Shown here piece by piece: positions 9,979-22,164 of a DNA stretch of 64,000 nucleotides. The stretch's first letter is position 1. Every line of letters begins with the position of its first letter. Below the pieces are notes generated by a model. It made no database searches. It saw nothing but the letters and a program-made list of their open reading frames with translations, and was not told where the DNA came from. Source of the DNA: Bacilli bacterium (GTDB taxonomy: Bacteria; Bacillota_I; Bacilli_A; RFN20; CAG-826). The position numbers and the translations under genes were made by a program. Where the stretch lies: positions 36,490 through 100,489 of the forward strand of contig JAKSUL010000001.1 of the NCBI GenBank assembly GCA_024409055.1, read 5' to 3'.

Positions 9979-10713
9979 TTATTTATCTCCTTTCGGCGCG
10001 CTTTTCGGCGCTTCGGCCTTTTTGGCCTTGAAATCTTCGGCTTTCTTGAGTCCGCGGAGAACCATGGTTTTCTCATAGTCCTTCATGGAGACAAGACCGG
10101 CGTGGGTAGCCCTGATGATGTTGATTGGGGCGCGGCTTCCGTAGACCTTGGAGACGACGTTCTTGACGCCGCAGAGCTCAAGGATGGCACGGACTGGGCC
10201 ACCGGCGATGATACCAGTGCCCGGCTTGGCCGGCTTTAAGACGACTTTGGTAGCGCCGAATTTTCCTTCAACCTCGTGGGCGATGGTGTCGCCTTTAACG
10301 AGTTTGACGGTGTACATGCGCTTTTTGGCTTGGGACTCAGCCTTTTTGATGGCATCCGGGACTTCACCGGACTTCGCGATGGCAAAGCCGTATTTTCCCT
10401 TGTGGTCGCCGAGGACGATGAGGGCGCTGAAGCGCATATGCTTACCACCCTGAACGGTCTTCGAGATACGGTTGATGTTAACAACGCGCTCGTCGTATTC
10501 CTTTTCGTCACGACGGAATCCGCCACGGCCGCCACGGCGTTCGCCGGGACGTCCTTTGTGATCGCCGAACTTCCTGTCGCCAGGACGTCCAGCAGAGAGG
10601 GAACCATGGGGCTCGCGGGTCTGGTGAACACCACCCCTGAGTCCTTTGTTGGCCTCGCCTTCCGGCTTGGCTTCGGCCGCCGGAGCGGCAACGATATTCT
10701 TGTTTTCTTCCAT
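9979..10713 (-). CDS. rpsE: 30S ribosomal protein S5, unusually long (N- and C-terminal low-complexity extensions)
   Basis: Start chosen at ATG 10713 (AGGAG 6 nt upstream, 10 nt after rplR stop) rather than ORF-track start 10755. 244 aa. Core S5 dsRBD begins …[17 protein letters not shown]… after a 70-aa extension rich in Ala/Glu/Pro then Arg/Gly ([12 protein letters not shown]). C-terminal extra [14 protein letters not shown]. Confidence 0.9.
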   Translation of the reverse strand: MEENKNIVAAPAAEAKPEGEANKGLRGGVHQTREPHGSLSAGRPGDRKFGDHKGRPGERRGGRGGFRRDEKEYDERVVNINRISKTVQGGKHMRFSALIVLGDHKGKYGFAIAKSGEVPDAIKKAESQAKKRMYTVKLVKGDTIAHEVEGKFGATKVVLKPAKPGTGIIAGGPVRAILELCGVKNVVSKVYGSRAPINIIRATHAGLVSMKDYEKTMVLRGLKKAEDFKAKKAEAPKSAPKGDK

Positions 10714-10723
10714 GGTTTTCTCC

Positions 10724-11080
10724 TTAGAACTTGAGTCCGCCTTCGCGAGCGGCATCGGCTAACGCGGCAACACGTCCGTGATAGAGGTAGCCGTTACGGT
10801 CGAAGCAAACGGCAGTGATGCCCTTGGCTAAGGCCTTCTTGGCGAGGTCGGCTCCAACCTTGGCAGCGCCTTCGCAGTTGCCGCCATCGGTGATTTTGAG
10901 CTGAGTGGAGGAGCTGGAGACCAAGGTGACGCCTTTGACGTCGTCGATGATCTGAGCTTCGATGTTTTTGTTGGAGCGGAAGACGCAGAGCCTCGGCTTT
11001 TCGGCCGTGCCAGAGACTTTCGCGCGAACCCTGAGGTGTTTCCTCTGGCGAACCGCGGTTCTCGAAATCTTTTCGATCAT
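10724..11080 (-). CDS. rplR: 50S ribosomal protein L18
   Basis: 118 aa. Confidence 0.95.
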   Translation of the reverse strand: MIEKISRTAVRQRKHLRVRAKVSGTAEKPRLCVFRSNKNIEAQIIDDVKGVTLVSSSSTQLKITDGGNCEGAAKVGADLAKKALAKGITAVCFDRNGYLYHGRVAALADAAREGGLKF

Positions 11081-11094
11081 GGTTGTCTTCCTCC

Positions 11095-11643
11095 TTATTT
11101 CTTACCACCGGCAGCACGTTTGCCTTCCTTGCGGATGATGTGCTCGCCGACGTAGTGGACGCCCTTACCGCCATACGGCTCAGGACGTTTGGCATCATGG
11201 ATGAGGGCGGCGGTTTGTCCGACGGCCTGCTTATCGATGCCTTCGACAGTGATGTGGGTTTCATCCTTAGCCGAGATCTTGACTCCTGGGAGAGGAGCAA
11301 GAACGACTTCGTGGCTGTAGCCAAGGTTGAGGACGATCTTCTCGCCTCTCATGGCGCAGCGGTAACCGATACCACTGATTTCAAGTTCTTTCTTGAAGCC
11401 TTCGCTGACGCCCTTGATAGCGTTGGCGATGTTAGCCCTCGCGGTTCCGTGGAACATGATGGTGTCGGCGTTTTCGTTGGCGCGGACAACATGGAGGGTA
11501 CCGTCCTTGACCTCGACGCTCACGTTGTTAGCGATAACAACATTTAATTCGCCTTTGGCTCCTTTGACGGTGACGACGTTACCATTGGCTTCAACGGTGA
11601 CGCCCTGAGGAAGGGTGACGGGTTTTAATCCGATACGAGACAT
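11095..11643 (-). CDS. rplF: 50S ribosomal protein L6
   Basis: 182 aa. Confidence 0.95.
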   Translation of the reverse strand: MSRIGLKPVTLPQGVTVEANGNVVTVKGAKGELNVVIANNVSVEVKDGTLHVVRANENADTIMFHGTARANIANAIKGVSEGFKKELEISGIGYRCAMRGEKIVLNLGYSHEVVLAPLPGVKISAKDETHITVEGIDKQAVGQTAALIHDAKRPEPYGGKGVHYVGEHIIRKEGKRAAGGKK

Positions 11644-11664
11644 AGTTGAATTCCTTCCTTTCTA

Positions 11665-12060
11665 TTACCAGACGTAGCAGAGGATTTCTCCACCGACGTT
11701 GTTCTTTCTGGCTTGCGCATCGGTGAGGAGTCCTTTCGGGGTGCTCACGATGGCGATTCCGAGGCCTTTGAGGACCTTCGGAAGTTTTTCGGACTCGCAG
11801 TAGACGCGGAGGCCCGGTTTGGAGATACGCTTGAGGCCAGAGATGACTCTCTCACCGGAAGCGCTGTATTTGAGGGTGATGACGAGGGTCTTCTTGCCTT
11901 CGACTTCTTCGACCCTGGCGTCATTGATGAAGCCCTGGTCTTTGAGGATCTTGGCGATTCCCTCTTTCATATTGCTGCTCGGGACGGAGACTTCCTCGTA
12001 ACGCATCGCATTGGCGTTGCGGATACGGGTAAGCATGTCGGCGATTGGATCTGCGTTCAT
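11665..12060 (-). CDS. rpsH: 30S ribosomal protein S8
   Basis: 131 aa. Confidence 0.95.
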   Translation of the reverse strand: MNADPIADMLTRIRNANAMRYEEVSVPSSNMKEGIAKILKDQGFINDARVEEVEGKKTLVITLKYSASGERVISGLKRISKPGLRVYCESEKLPKVLKGLGIAIVSTPKGLLTDAQARKNNVGGEILCYVW

Positions 12061-12079
12061 GTTAATTATTCTCCTTTCC

Positions 12080-12265
12080 TTACCATGAGGCCTTCTTCAT
12101 GCCCGGGATTTCGCCCTTGTAGGCGAGCTCACGGATGCAGATACGGCACAATTTGAATTTGCGGATAACAGCGTGGGGCCTGCCGCAGCGTTCGCAGCGG
12201 GTGTATTCCCTGACTTTGAACTTGGCGGGTTTGTGGCTCTTGTTGACTAAGCTTTTCTTTGCCAT
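12080..12265 (-). CDS. rpsZ: 30S ribosomal protein S14 type Z (zinc-binding)
   Basis: 61 aa; [10 protein letters not shown]…CRIC Cys4 motif. Confidence 0.95.
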   Translation of the reverse strand: MAKKSLVNKSHKPAKFKVREYTRCERCGRPHAVIRKFKLCRICIRELAYKGEIPGMKKASW

Positions 12266-12276
12266 GTTGTGTCTCC

Positions 12277-12888
12277 TTATTTCTTGAACGGCATACCCAT
12301 CTTCTCGAGAAGTGAGTAGGCTTCTTTGTCGCTCTGGGCGGTCGTGACGATGACGACGTCCATACCGCGGATCTTGGACACCTTATCGTAGTCGATTTCG
12401 GGGTAGATTAACTGCTCCTTGACGCCGAGGGTGTAGTTTCCGTGGCCATCGAAGGCGTTCCTGCTGACGCCGCGGAAGTCGCGGACACGCGGGAGGGCGA
12501 TCGAGATGAGCTTGTCGAGGAACTCATACATCCTGACGCCACGAAGGGTGACCTTGCAGCCGATGGCTTGTCCCTCACGGAGTTTGAAGGTAGCGATGGA
12601 CTTCTTGGCCTTGGTGGTCACCGGACGTTGTCCAGTGATGATGGCGAGGTCAGCGACCGCATCTTCAAGGGCTTTGCTGTTCTGAGTGGCATCACCAACA
12701 CCGAGGTTGATGACGATCTTCTCAAGACGCGGAGCCTGCATAACGGAAGTGTATCCGAACTCTTTGACAAGAGCCGGAACGATTTCAGTCTTGTATTTGG
12801 TGGCAAGACGGTTGGAAGCAAGAGCTCCGACCTTGTTGCCATTTCCTTTGGCGGCAGCCTTCTTGGCTGTTTTCTTTTCTTCTGCCAT
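12277..12888 (-). CDS. rplE: 50S ribosomal protein L5 (Ala/Lys-rich N-terminal extension about 25 aa)
   Basis: 203 aa. Confidence 0.95.
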   Translation of the reverse strand: MAEEKKTAKKAAAKGNGNKVGALASNRLATKYKTEIVPALVKEFGYTSVMQAPRLEKIVINLGVGDATQNSKALEDAVADLAIITGQRPVTTKAKKSIATFKLREGQAIGCKVTLRGVRMYEFLDKLISIALPRVRDFRGVSRNAFDGHGNYTLGVKEQLIYPEIDYDKVSKIRGMDVVIVTTAQSDKEAYSLLEKMGMPFKK

Positions 12889-12902
12889 TTTAGCTTACCT
12901 CC

Positions 12903-13208
12903 TTAGTCTAAGGCCGCGCCGCTCTTGGCGAGGCGAACCTTTTTGCCTTTAACGGTGCCCATGTGGACACGGGTGGCTTTCTTGGTCTTCGGATCGATGA
13001 GAGCAACGTTGCTGGCATCGAACGGGACGTAGATGTCGACGACAGATCCTTCCGGAGTCTGCTGAGTCGGCTTTTTGTGGCGTTTGTGGACGTTGACGCC
13101 CTCGACAACCACTTTGTTGAGCTTCGGATAGACGCGCTGGACGATTCCTTCCTTGCCCTTATCGGCGCCGGAGATGACGACGACTTTATCACCTTTTTTG
13201 ATGTTCAT
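12903..13208 (-). CDS. rplX: 50S ribosomal protein L24
   Basis: 101 aa; KOW motif. Confidence 0.95.
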   Translation of the reverse strand: MNIKKGDKVVVISGADKGKEGIVQRVYPKLNKVVVEGVNVHKRHKKPTQQTPEGSVVDIYVPFDASNVALIDPKTKKATRVHMGTVKGKKVRLAKSGAALD

Positions 13209-13226
13209 TTCGTGTTTCTCCTTTCC

Positions 13227-13595
13227 TTATAGAACCTCGGGTGCGAGGGAGACGATTTTCATATATCCCTTGTCCCTGAGTTCACGGGCGACCGGTCCGA
13301 AGACACGGGTGCCGATCGGCTCGCCATCATCGTTGACGATGACAACGGCGTTATCGTCGAAGGCGATGGTCGATCCGTCTTTCCTGGCAAGCGGGTGCTT
13401 GACGCGGACGATGACGGCTTTGACGACGTCGCTCTTTTTGACCTTTCCGTTCGGGAGGGCATCCTTGACGGCGCAGAGGATGACATCACCAATGGAGCTG
13501 GTCTTTCTGTGGCTTCCGCCGTAGAGACGGAAAGCGCGGACGCTCTTGGCGCCGGAGTTATCGGCGACCACGAGATTTGTTTCGTTGTGGATCAT
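13227..13595 (-). CDS. rplN: 50S ribosomal protein L14
   Basis: 122 aa. Confidence 0.95.
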   Translation of the reverse strand: MIHNETNLVVADNSGAKSVRAFRLYGGSHRKTSSIGDVILCAVKDALPNGKVKKSDVVKAVIVRVKHPLARKDGSTIAFDDNAVVIVNDDGEPIGTRVFGPVARELRDKGYMKIVSLAPEVL

Positions 13596-13942
13596 TATTC
13601 GGCCTCCTTAGCGGCTTCTTTGATCTCTTCGACGGAGCCTTCTTTGCTCTCGAGGGCTTCCTCAACAGAGGCGGCCTTCTCGATGACGACGGCTTTCTTG
13701 TCGACGGAGACTAAGCGGAAGCGCTTGGTCTTGCTGATCGGGCGGCAAGCCATGATGGTGACGGTGTCTCCAAGTCCGGCTTCGCCTTTCTCGTCATGGG
13801 CGTGGATCTTCTTGGTGTATCCAACCCTTTTGTTGTAAAGGGGATCGTTCCTCTTGGTGACGATAGAGACGATGATGGTTTTGTCCATCTTCGTGGAAGT
13901 GACGACGCCTTGAATGGTTGTCCTTCTATTTCTGGTTTCCAT
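13595..13942 (-). CDS. rpsQ: 30S ribosomal protein S17 (acidic C-terminal extension about 30 aa)
   Basis: 115 aa. Confidence 0.95.
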   Translation of the reverse strand: METRNRRTTIQGVVTSTKMDKTIIVSIVTKRNDPLYNKRVGYTKKIHAHDEKGEAGLGDTVTIMACRPISKTKRFRLVSVDKKAVVIEKAASVEEALESKEGSVEEIKEAAKEAE

Positions 13943-13959
13943 TTGGTTCTCTCCTTTCC

Positions 13960-14160
13960 TTACTTAGTGATTTGGAGCTCGCGCTCTCTCTTGACGGTGA
14001 GGGCTTTGGCGATGTCCTTACGGACGGCCTTGACCTCTTCCCCGTGCTCAAGCTGGCCAACCGCTTTCTTGCGGCGGAGCTCGAACAATTTGGTCTGAAG
14101 CTCGTAGATTTTTTCGTCGAGTTCAGCGGGAGTGAGTTCACGTAATTCTTTGATTTCCAT
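13960..14160 (-). CDS. rpmC: 50S ribosomal protein L29
   Basis: 66 aa. Confidence 0.95.
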   Translation of the reverse strand: MEIKELRELTPAELDEKIYELQTKLFELRRKKAVGQLEHGEEVKAVRKDIAKALTVKRERELQITK

Positions 14161-14164
14161 GTTC

Positions 14165-14575
14165 TTACTCTCCTTTCTTGATGACCTTGCAGCGGATCGG
14201 GAGCTTATAAGCAGCGAGCCTTAAGGCCTCACAAGCGACTTTTTCGTCGATTCCACCGATCTCGAACATGACGCGACCAGTTTTGACGACGGCGACCCAT
14301 GACTCCGGAGAGCCTTTGCCGCTACCCATACGAACCTCGGCCGGTTTCTTGGTCTTGGCAAGATGGGGGAAGATTCTGATCCAGACTTTACCAGCCCTAT
14401 CCGTGTAACGGGAGAGGACGATACGAGCAGCCTCGATCTGGTGATCGGTGATCCAAGCTCCTTCCTGAGCCTGAAGTCCGTATTCTCCGAAGTCGACTTT
14501 ATTGCCGCCTTTGGATTTTCCTTCGTATTTGATGCCGTGCGGGCGACGGTATTTAACGCGCTTTGGTTGCAACAT
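14165..14575 (-). CDS. rplP: 50S ribosomal protein L16
   Basis: 136 aa. Confidence 0.95.
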   Translation of the reverse strand: MLQPKRVKYRRPHGIKYEGKSKGGNKVDFGEYGLQAQEGAWITDHQIEAARIVLSRYTDRAGKVWIRIFPHLAKTKKPAEVRMGSGKGSPESWVAVVKTGRVMFEIGGIDEKVACEALRLAAYKLPIRCKVIKKGE

Positions 14576-15276
14576 TATTTGTTGTCTCCTTTCGCCTCGC
14601 GGGAGGCTTCAGCGGCTTCCTTGGCTTCGTCAGCGGCTTTGTTCAAGCTGCGGCAAACCCAAACTTTGACACCGATGTCACCATAGGCAGTGTGGGCCTG
14701 AACGTGAGCGAAGTCGATATCGGCGCGGAGGGTATGAAGCGGGACGACGCCCTCTTTGTATCCATCCTTACGGGCGATTTCGGCGCCGGCAAGACGGCCA
14801 GAGCAGAGGGTACGGCAGCCTTTGGCGCCGGCCTTTCTCATCCTCTGGATGGCTTTCTTCATGGTGGAACGGTAGGAAGCACGGTTCTCGAGCTCACTGG
14901 CGATCCATTTGGCGATCAAAGTGGCATCGAGGTCCGGATTCTTGACATCGGCGACGCGGATCTTAACGTCATCTTTGCAGATTTTCTTAAGTCCTTTTTC
15001 GAGCTTTTGGGTATTGGCTCCGTCTTGTCCGATGATGACGCCGGCCTTGGCGGCGTAGACGGTGACGTCAGCGCGGTGGCCTTTGTCGGTTTTGGCGCGA
15101 GCGATTTCGATGTGGCTGACGCCGGCATCTTTGAGCTCTTTGTTGAGGTATTCGCGGATGGCGATGTCCTCAAGAAGGAAGGCGCTGTATTCTCCCTTTT
15201 TGGAGGCGAACCACTTGGATTCCCAGTCGCGGTTTACGCCGATGCGCATTCCGACGGCATTGACTTTCTGTCCCAT
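14575..15276 (-). CDS. rpsC: 30S ribosomal protein S3 (Ala/Glu/Lys-rich C-terminal tail)
   Basis: 233 aa; KH domain. Confidence 0.95.
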   Translation of the reverse strand: MGQKVNAVGMRIGVNRDWESKWFASKKGEYSAFLLEDIAIREYLNKELKDAGVSHIEIARAKTDKGHRADVTVYAAKAGVIIGQDGANTQKLEKGLKKICKDDVKIRVADVKNPDLDATLIAKWIASELENRASYRSTMKKAIQRMRKAGAKGCRTLCSGRLAGAEIARKDGYKEGVVPLHTLRADIDFAHVQAHTAYGDIGVKVWVCRSLNKAADEAKEAAEASREAKGDNK

Positions 15277-15294
15277 AGTTTGTTCCTTTCCTCC

Positions 15295-15702
15295 TTATTT
15301 GGCTTCCTTGACCACGCAACGGATGTTGGCGAGTCTCCTGATGAGAGGAGAGGCGCTTCCTTTGGCGCGCGGAGTGAAGCGTTTGATCCTCATGCCATCG
15401 GAGACCTGGATCTCAGCGATGTAGAGGTTGTCCTTGTCCATGCCGAAGTTGTTGACGGCGTTGGCAGCTGCGGACCTGACGATCTTCTCGACCGGTGTGA
15501 CACCGACCTTGTTGACCCTGGAGAGGATAGCGAGAGCTTCGCTAACTTTCTTTCCCCTCACGAAGTCGGCGACGAGCCTGACTTTTCTCGGGGTGACGCG
15601 GACGTCACGGGAGAAGGCCTTGGCCTCGGTGACGACCGGCTTTTCGACTTTCTTTTCTTCGACCGGAGCTTTCTTCACGGTTTTGGTTTTCTTTTCAGCC
15701 AT
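15295..15702 (-). CDS. rplV: 50S ribosomal protein L22 (Lys-rich N-terminal extension)
   Basis: 135 aa. Confidence 0.95.
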   Translation of the reverse strand: MAEKKTKTVKKAPVEEKKVEKPVVTEAKAFSRDVRVTPRKVRLVADFVRGKKVSEALAILSRVNKVGVTPVEKIVRSAAANAVNNFGMDKDNLYIAEIQVSDGMRIKRFTPRAKGSASPLIRRLANIRCVVKEAK

Positions 15703-15713
15703 GATTTTTCTCC

Positions 15714-16001
15714 TTATTTCTTACCGCCTTGGTCGCCGGCGTTGTTGCCGTGGTGACCAGGGAAGTTACGGGTCGGGGCGAATTCGCCGAGCTTGTGTCC
15801 GACCATATCTTCGGTGACGAAGACGGTGACGTGCTCCTTGCCGTTATAAACAGCGAAGGTTTGCTCAACGAAGGCGGGATAGATTGTGCTGCGGCGAGAC
15901 CAGGTTTTGATGATCTCTTTCTTGCCAGACTGTTGAAGAGCTTCGACCTTCTTGAGAAGGTAAGCATCGACGAACGGTTCTTTTTTGAGTGAACGTGACA
16001 T
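15714..16001 (-). CDS. rpsS: 30S ribosomal protein S19
   Basis: 95 aa. Confidence 0.95.
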   Translation of the reverse strand: MSRSLKKEPFVDAYLLKKVEALQQSGKKEIIKTWSRRSTIYPAFVEQTFAVYNGKEHVTVFVTEDMVGHKLGEFAPTRNFPGHHGNNAGDQGGKK

Positions 16002-16017
16002 TTTCTATCTCCTTTCC

Positions 16018-16851
16018 TTATTTAGAATTCTTCCTTCTCACGATGAGGCGAGTGGAATTCTTCTTGAAGCGGCGGGTCTTAACACCCTGAGTGCGCTTGC
16101 CCCACGGGCTCCTCGGAGCGTCGCGGCCGACAGGGCACTTACCCTCACCACCACCATGAGGGTGGTCGCACGGGTTCATAGCGGAACCACGGACGGTCGG
16201 GCGGATGCCAAACCAGCGGTTCTTACCGGCTTTACCACGGTTGATGAGGTTGTAGTCCTCATTACCGACGATGCCGATGGTGGCACGGCAGACAGCGAGG
16301 ACTTTCCTCACTTCGCCAGAAGCCAAACGGATGATGCAGTATTTGCCTTCGGTGCCGAGGACCTGAGCGGAGGTTCCGGCAGCGCGGCACATCTGTCCGC
16401 CTTTGCCCGGCTGAAGCTCGACGTTGTGGACGAAGCTTCCTTCGGGGATGTTCTTGAGCTGGCAGCAGTTGCCGACCTTGATGTCGGTAGCTTCACCGCT
16501 GATGACTTTGTCGCCAACGTTGAGGCCCTGCGGCTCAATGATGTAACGCTTTTCGCCGTCGGCATAAGCCAAGAGGGCGATGTTGGCATTACGGTTCGGG
16601 TCGTATTCGATCGCCTTGACGGTGGCTGGGATGCCATCTTTCAAGCGACGGAAGTCGATGATCCTGTAACGGGTTTTGTTACCACCGCCGATGTGACGGC
16701 AGGTAATCACTCCTTGATTGTTACGGCCACCGGTTTTTTTCTTGGTGACCAACAACGATTTTTCAGGAGTGGCTTTGGTGATGTCCTTGAAGGTCGAGTT
16801 GCTCATTGAGCGACGGGACGGCGTATAAGGACGGTAGGTTCTGATAGCCAT
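16018..16851 (-). CDS. rplB: 50S ribosomal protein L2
   Basis: 277 aa. Confidence 0.95.
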   Translation of the reverse strand: MAIRTYRPYTPSRRSMSNSTFKDITKATPEKSLLVTKKKTGGRNNQGVITCRHIGGGNKTRYRIIDFRRLKDGIPATVKAIEYDPNRNANIALLAYADGEKRYIIEPQGLNVGDKVISGEATDIKVGNCCQLKNIPEGSFVHNVELQPGKGGQMCRAAGTSAQVLGTEGKYCIIRLASGEVRKVLAVCRATIGIVGNEDYNLINRGKAGKNRWFGIRPTVRGSAMNPCDHPHGGGEGKCPVGRDAPRSPWGKRTQGVKTRRFKKNSTRLIVRRKNSK

Positions 16852-16904
16852 TTCTTTTTCTCCTATATTGGATGCTTTTTAGGTTTGACCCTAACGGTGA
16901 TTCC

Positions 16905-17318
16905 TTACTCCTTGAAGAGGTCGATCGCTTCACCTTCATGGATGGTGACAATGGCTTTCTTGAAGCCGCTGATCGTACCCTGGTAACGTCCGCCACGAGT
17001 TGTGGTTTTGCCGACTTGGTTGATGACTTTGACGTCGTCGACCTTGACCTGGAAGATTCTCTGGAAGGCCAATTTGATCTCAACCTTATTCGTATGCGCG
17101 CTGACACGCACAGTTACCTTATTAGAATTCTGCATGAGCCCCATGGACTTTTCGGTGATGTGGGGTTCTTTGATGACTTCGTAGTCATGAGCCGTAGCTT
17201 TTCCGAAGGCCGGAGCTTTCGGTTCTTCTTTGACGGCTTTCTTGGCGGCCTTTTTGGCCGGGGCTTTCTTGGCCTTGGTCTCTTCGACCTGGGCCTCAAC
17301 CTTAACTTCGTCTGCCAT
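16905..17318 (-). CDS. rplW: 50S ribosomal protein L23 (Ala/Lys-rich N-terminal extension about 40 aa)
   Basis: 137 aa. Confidence 0.95.
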   Translation of the reverse strand: MADEVKVEAQVEETKAKKAPAKKAAKKAVKEEPKAPAFGKATAHDYEVIKEPHITEKSMGLMQNSNKVTVRVSAHTNKVEIKLAFQRIFQVKVDDVKVINQVGKTTTRGGRYQGTISGFKKAIVTIHEGEAIDLFKE

Positions 17319-17956
17319 TATTTAAGGGCCTCCTCGATTGCTTTGATGTCTTCCTTGGAAACGACGAGGGTCTGAGCGTTAAGAACGTCATAGACGGAAA
17401 CGTTGTTCCTGGTGACGAGACCGACGGTGGCGATGTTGCGTCCGGAGAGAACGACGTTCTCGTTGGAGCCATCGACGACGACGAGGGTCTTGCCTTCCGC
17501 TTTGATGGCGGCGAGGGCTTTGACGAACTCTTTGGTGGAAACCTTCTCGAGCTTGAGTTCATCGACGACGATCAAGCCTTTAGCGGCTTTTTCGCTGAGG
17601 ACGGTCTTAAGGGCGAGCTTGTGGGCTTTCTTGTTCTGGGAAAGCTTGAAGGTCTGGGTTCCATCAGGTCCGAAGACGTTACCGCCTCCAACCCAGATTG
17701 GGCTCTGGCGGTCGCCAGCGCGGGCGCGGCCCGTGCCTTTTTGCCTCCACGGCTTGATGCCAGATCCGGAAACGTCGTGGCGTTTCTTGGTCTTAGCGGT
17801 GGCCTGGCGGCGGTTCGCATTGTCGGTCACGACCGCGTCGTGCACGACCTGCGCGTTTTCCTCTTTAATTCCGAAGACGGAAGCAGAGAGGGAGACGGTG
17901 CCGACTTCTTCGCCGGCGAGGTTAACCACTTTGTGGCTGATTTTCTTTTCGGCCAT
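17318..17956 (-). CDS. rplD: 50S ribosomal protein L4
   Basis: 212 aa. Confidence 0.95.
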   Translation of the reverse strand: MAEKKISHKVVNLAGEEVGTVSLSASVFGIKEENAQVVHDAVVTDNANRRQATAKTKKRHDVSGSGIKPWRQKGTGRARAGDRQSPIWVGGGNVFGPDGTQTFKLSQNKKAHKLALKTVLSEKAAKGLIVVDELKLEKVSTKEFVKALAAIKAEGKTLVVVDGSNENVVLSGRNIATVGLVTRNNVSVYDVLNAQTLVVSKEDIKAIEEALK

Positions 17957-17958
17957 GG

Positions 17959-18645
17959 TTATTCTCCTTTCTCAGCGGTGAGGTCAACGAGCGGCTTAAC
18001 TTCCGGTTTCTTGAACTGAGCTTTGATCGGGGTGCGGAGCATGACGATGCTCTTTTTCGGTCCCGGGAGTCCGCCCTTCACGAGGACGTAATTCTTCTCA
18101 GCGTTGACTTCAACGATGGTGACATTCTGAACGGTGGCCTGATGCGGAGCCATATGACCGGACATGGTCTTGCCCGGGATAACGCGGTTGTTGCAGCGTC
18201 CGTTGTTGGCTAAGGAACCAATCTGGCGGTGATAGCCGGATCCGTGTCCTTTCGGGCCGATGTGGTTGTGATACCTTTTGATGGTACCGGCATATCCGTG
18301 GCCCTTGGTGGTACCGACGACGTCGATGACTTCACCAGCGGCGAAGAGATCGGCGGTGAGGTTCTCACCAATGTTCTTGCCATAGATCTCGTCGCCCTTG
18401 AGCTCGTAGAGGTGCTCCTTGGTTCCGAGGTTGGCTTTCTTGTAGATGCCTTTGATGGCTTTGTTGACTAAGCGTTCGGCTTTGTCTTCGTAACCGACTT
18501 GGATGGCTTCATAGCCGTCCTTTTCGGTCGTCTTCTTAGCGACGACGACGTTCGGGAGGACTTCGACGACGGTGACCGGATACATTGTTCCGTCAGCGGC
18601 GAAGACTTCGGTCATGCCCATTTTTCTTCCGATGATGGCTTTCAT
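17959..18645 (-). CDS. rplC: 50S ribosomal protein L3
   Basis: 228 aa. Confidence 0.95.
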   Translation of the reverse strand: MKAIIGRKMGMTEVFAADGTMYPVTVVEVLPNVVVAKKTTEKDGYEAIQVGYEDKAERLVNKAIKGIYKKANLGTKEHLYELKGDEIYGKNIGENLTADLFAAGEVIDVVGTTKGHGYAGTIKRYHNHIGPKGHGSGYHRQIGSLANNGRCNNRVIPGKTMSGHMAPHQATVQNVTIVEVNAEKNYVLVKGGLPGPKKSIVMLRTPIKAQFKKPEVKPLVDLTAEKGE

Positions 18646-18659
18646 GATTGAGTCCCTCC

Positions 18660-18971
18660 TTATAACTTAATGTCGATGTCGACACCAGACGGAAGATCGA
18701 GCTTCCTCAAATCTTCAACAGTGTCTTTGGTAGGTTTGGTGATGTAAACCAACCTTTTGTGTGTGCGGATCTCAAACTGCTCGCGGCTGTCCTTGTACTT
18801 GAAGGTCGAGCGAAGCACGGTTGTGACCAACTTTTCAGTCGGAAGCGGGATCGGTCCCACAACTCCGGCACCAGTCTTCTCGGCGACGGCTAAGATCTTC
18901 TGAACGCTGAGGTCGAGGATCTTGGACTCGTAAGCTGAGAGGCGAATCTGGATTTTCTTCTCTTTTGCCAT
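18660..18971 (-). CDS. rpsJ: 30S ribosomal protein S10
   Basis: Start moved to ATG 18971 ([11 protein letters not shown]…, 103 aa). The ORF-track extension to 19085 is unsupported leader sequence. Stop TAA. Confidence 0.9.
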   Translation of the reverse strand: MAKEKKIQIRLSAYESKILDLSVQKILAVAEKTGAGVVGPIPLPTEKLVTTVLRSTFKYKDSREQFEIRTHKRLVYITKPTKDTVEDLRKLDLPSGVDIDIKL

Positions 18972-19097
18972 GAATTTCTCCTTTCGTATATTTCCAGGCA
19001 CTTGGCGTATTTTGCTCACCGCGAATTCCCCGACAGCCCATTTCATGACAACGCCTGTGGGTGTGTCGGCAACCTCTCGGTTCATCGCAAACGCCAG

Positions 19098-19140
19098 CGT
19101 GATGCACTATACACGTGTATATATACGAACGTCAAGCACA
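19098..19140 (-). promoter_or_regulatory. candidate sigma-A promoter of the S10 operon (-35 TTGACG, 18-nt spacer, -10 TATAGT), about 125-nt leader
   Basis: Read on the minus strand in the AT-rich gap between queH terminator and rpsJ. Confidence 0.35.
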
Positions 19141-19204
19141 AATTTGTTATTTTTTAAATAAATCAGCAATAATCGCTACTTTTTTTGAAAATCCGAAAGA
19201 AAAA

Positions 19205-19237
19205 AACCAGGCCTTATCGAGAAAAGCCTGATTTTCA
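19205..19237 (-). terminator. rho-independent terminator after queH
   Basis: Minus strand: caggc-13 nt loop-gcctg followed by gtttttt. Confidence 0.45.
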
Positions 19238-19280
19238 CATTTTATTGTGCACCGTGCACAAAAACGAGTTTTTTATTAGC

Positions 19281-19940
19281 CTAATTTTTGGTTTTTGTCT
19301 CTTCTTTTTTGAGCATAGATTGGTAGGAGTAGACGCATCCGCAATATTCCTGTTTATATAGGTTATAGTGCTCTCTCATAGCTTGGCCTTTATCTATGCC
19401 CTTGTTCTTTTTGAAGTCGCTATAAAAGTATTTAGTCTTGCTGTGTTTGGCCTCTAAATCACGGCCGATAGAATTGAGTATTTGACTGTCTTTTTGACGA
19501 GAAATAGTCATGACTGTGCAGAAATAATCAAAGCCATTATTTTCGGCGTAGTCATATGCTTCTTCCATGCGTTTTCGATAGCAAATGCGACATCTCTCCC
19601 CGCCTTCTCTTTGAGTCGCGAAAGGAGCAAGGTCTTTCATGTATCCTTCGTTATCATATGGATTAATTATGACATTAATGTCATAACCGTAATCTTTCTT
19701 AATGGATTCAAGGAGTTTTAAAAGCTCATTAAGCCTTCTTTGATATTCGCTCTCTGGATAGATATTTGAGTTGTTGAAATAAAGGGCAACATCAAAATGC
19801 GGGCACAAAAAAGTCAAAGGGAAGCAAGAGCAAGGACCGCAGCAAACATGCATAAGCAAAGTGGGCTTTTTTTCACCAGAAAACGACTCGATCGTCGCCA
19901 CGCTTTTCTTGTAGTAATTTATCTTACCGTTATACGGCAT
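19281..19940 (-). CDS. queH: epoxyqueuosine reductase QueH
   Basis: DUF208-type; …LLMHVCCGPCS… Cys cluster. Start taken at MPYNGK… (ATG 19940, 1-nt overlap with queA stop) rather than ORF-track 20054. Confidence 0.85.
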   Translation of the reverse strand: MPYNGKINYYKKSVATIESFSGEKKPTLLMHVCCGPCSCFPLTFLCPHFDVALYFNNSNIYPESEYQRRLNELLKLLESIKKDYGYDINVIINPYDNEGYMKDLAPFATQREGGERCRICYRKRMEEAYDYAENNGFDYFCTVMTISRQKDSQILNSIGRDLEAKHSKTKYFYSDFKKNKGIDKGQAMREHYNLYKQEYCGCVYSYQSMLKKEETKTKN

Positions 19941-20997
19941 TAAAGATCCTCGTTTGAGGCGTAATCGAACGCTCCGTGGATAAACATTCCATCTCCAAAG
20001 GAGAAGAACCTGTAACCGGCCTTTACGGCGGTCTCGTAGCAATGCAACGTCCACTTTCTTCCCATAAACGCTGAAACAAGCATGACAAGAGTGCTCTTCG
20101 GCAAATGGAAATTGGTGATTATGGCATCGACTGCCTTATAGGCATAACCAGGATTGATAAAGATGTTCGTGTCTTCTTTGGTCGCCTTGAACGTTCCGTA
20201 TTTTCCATAGTTAGCTTCCAAAGTTCGAACAGAGGTTGTTCCGATGGCGATAATGCGTCTTCCCTCGGATTTAGCTTTGTTTAATCTAGAAGCGGCATCT
20301 TCGCTCATTTCGTAGAGTTCGGTGTGCATAACGTGATCTTTGGTGTCTTGGACTTTGACGGGGCGGAATGTCCCAAGGCCGATGTTGAGGGTGATGTCCA
20401 CCACTTCAACGCCTTTGTCGCGGAGCTTGGCGAAAAGTTCCGTCGTAAAATGGAAGCCGGCCGTCGGAGCCGCGGCTGAGCCCGGCACCTTGGCATAGAC
20501 CGTTTGATAATCGGAATTGTCCGATATCTGCTGCTTGATATAGGGAGGAAGCGGCATCTTTCCAAGCTTATCGAGTATCTCGAGGAAGATTCCAGAATAA
20601 TGGAACTCCATATGTCTGATGCCTTCTGGCAGCACCTCGACGCATGTGCAGGTTAAAGAACCATCGCCGAACGTGACGTTGCTCCCGACCTTTAGGGAAT
20701 GGGCATTGCCGCATAAGCATTCCCATCTATCACCTTCGAGCTGTTTTAAAAGAAGTACCTCGCAGTGACCGCCCGTTTCGACTTTAGTTCCAACTAAGCG
20801 AGCCGGAATGACCTTCGTGTTATTTCTGACCAAAACATCGCCTTCATGGAGGTAATCGGCGATATCCTTGAAAAGTTTGTTCTCAATGACCTTGTTCTCA
20901 CGGTCCACCACCATCAGGCGGCATTCATCCCTTTGTCTAGAAGGGGTCTGAGCGATTTGCTCTTCGGGAAGATAAAAATCAAATAGATTGATGTCCA

Positions 20998-20998
<1 letters not shown>
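19940..20998 (-). CDS. queA: S-adenosylmethionine:tRNA ribosyltransferase-isomerase
   Basis: 352 aa; N-terminus MDINLFDFYLPEEQIAQTP… typical of QueA. Confidence 0.95.
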
Positions 20999-22146
<1,148 letters not shown>

Positions 22147-22164
22147 TTATTTGCCTAAGGCAAA

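Noticed and set aside
14563-16809. Long plus-strand ORFs (14563-15756, 15985-16809, also 4980-5633, 5566-6069, 10276-10734, 11083-11547) antisense to ribosomal protein genes
   Set aside because: They lie entirely opposite highly conserved r-protein genes, show Gly/Asp/Val-rich composition typical of antisense translation of GC-rich codons, and have no start context.
18972-19085. N-terminal 38-aa extension of rpsJ in the ORF track
   Set aside because: S10 proteins start at [11 protein letters not shown]…. The extension is GC-rich leader with no homology, and the true ATG is at 18971.
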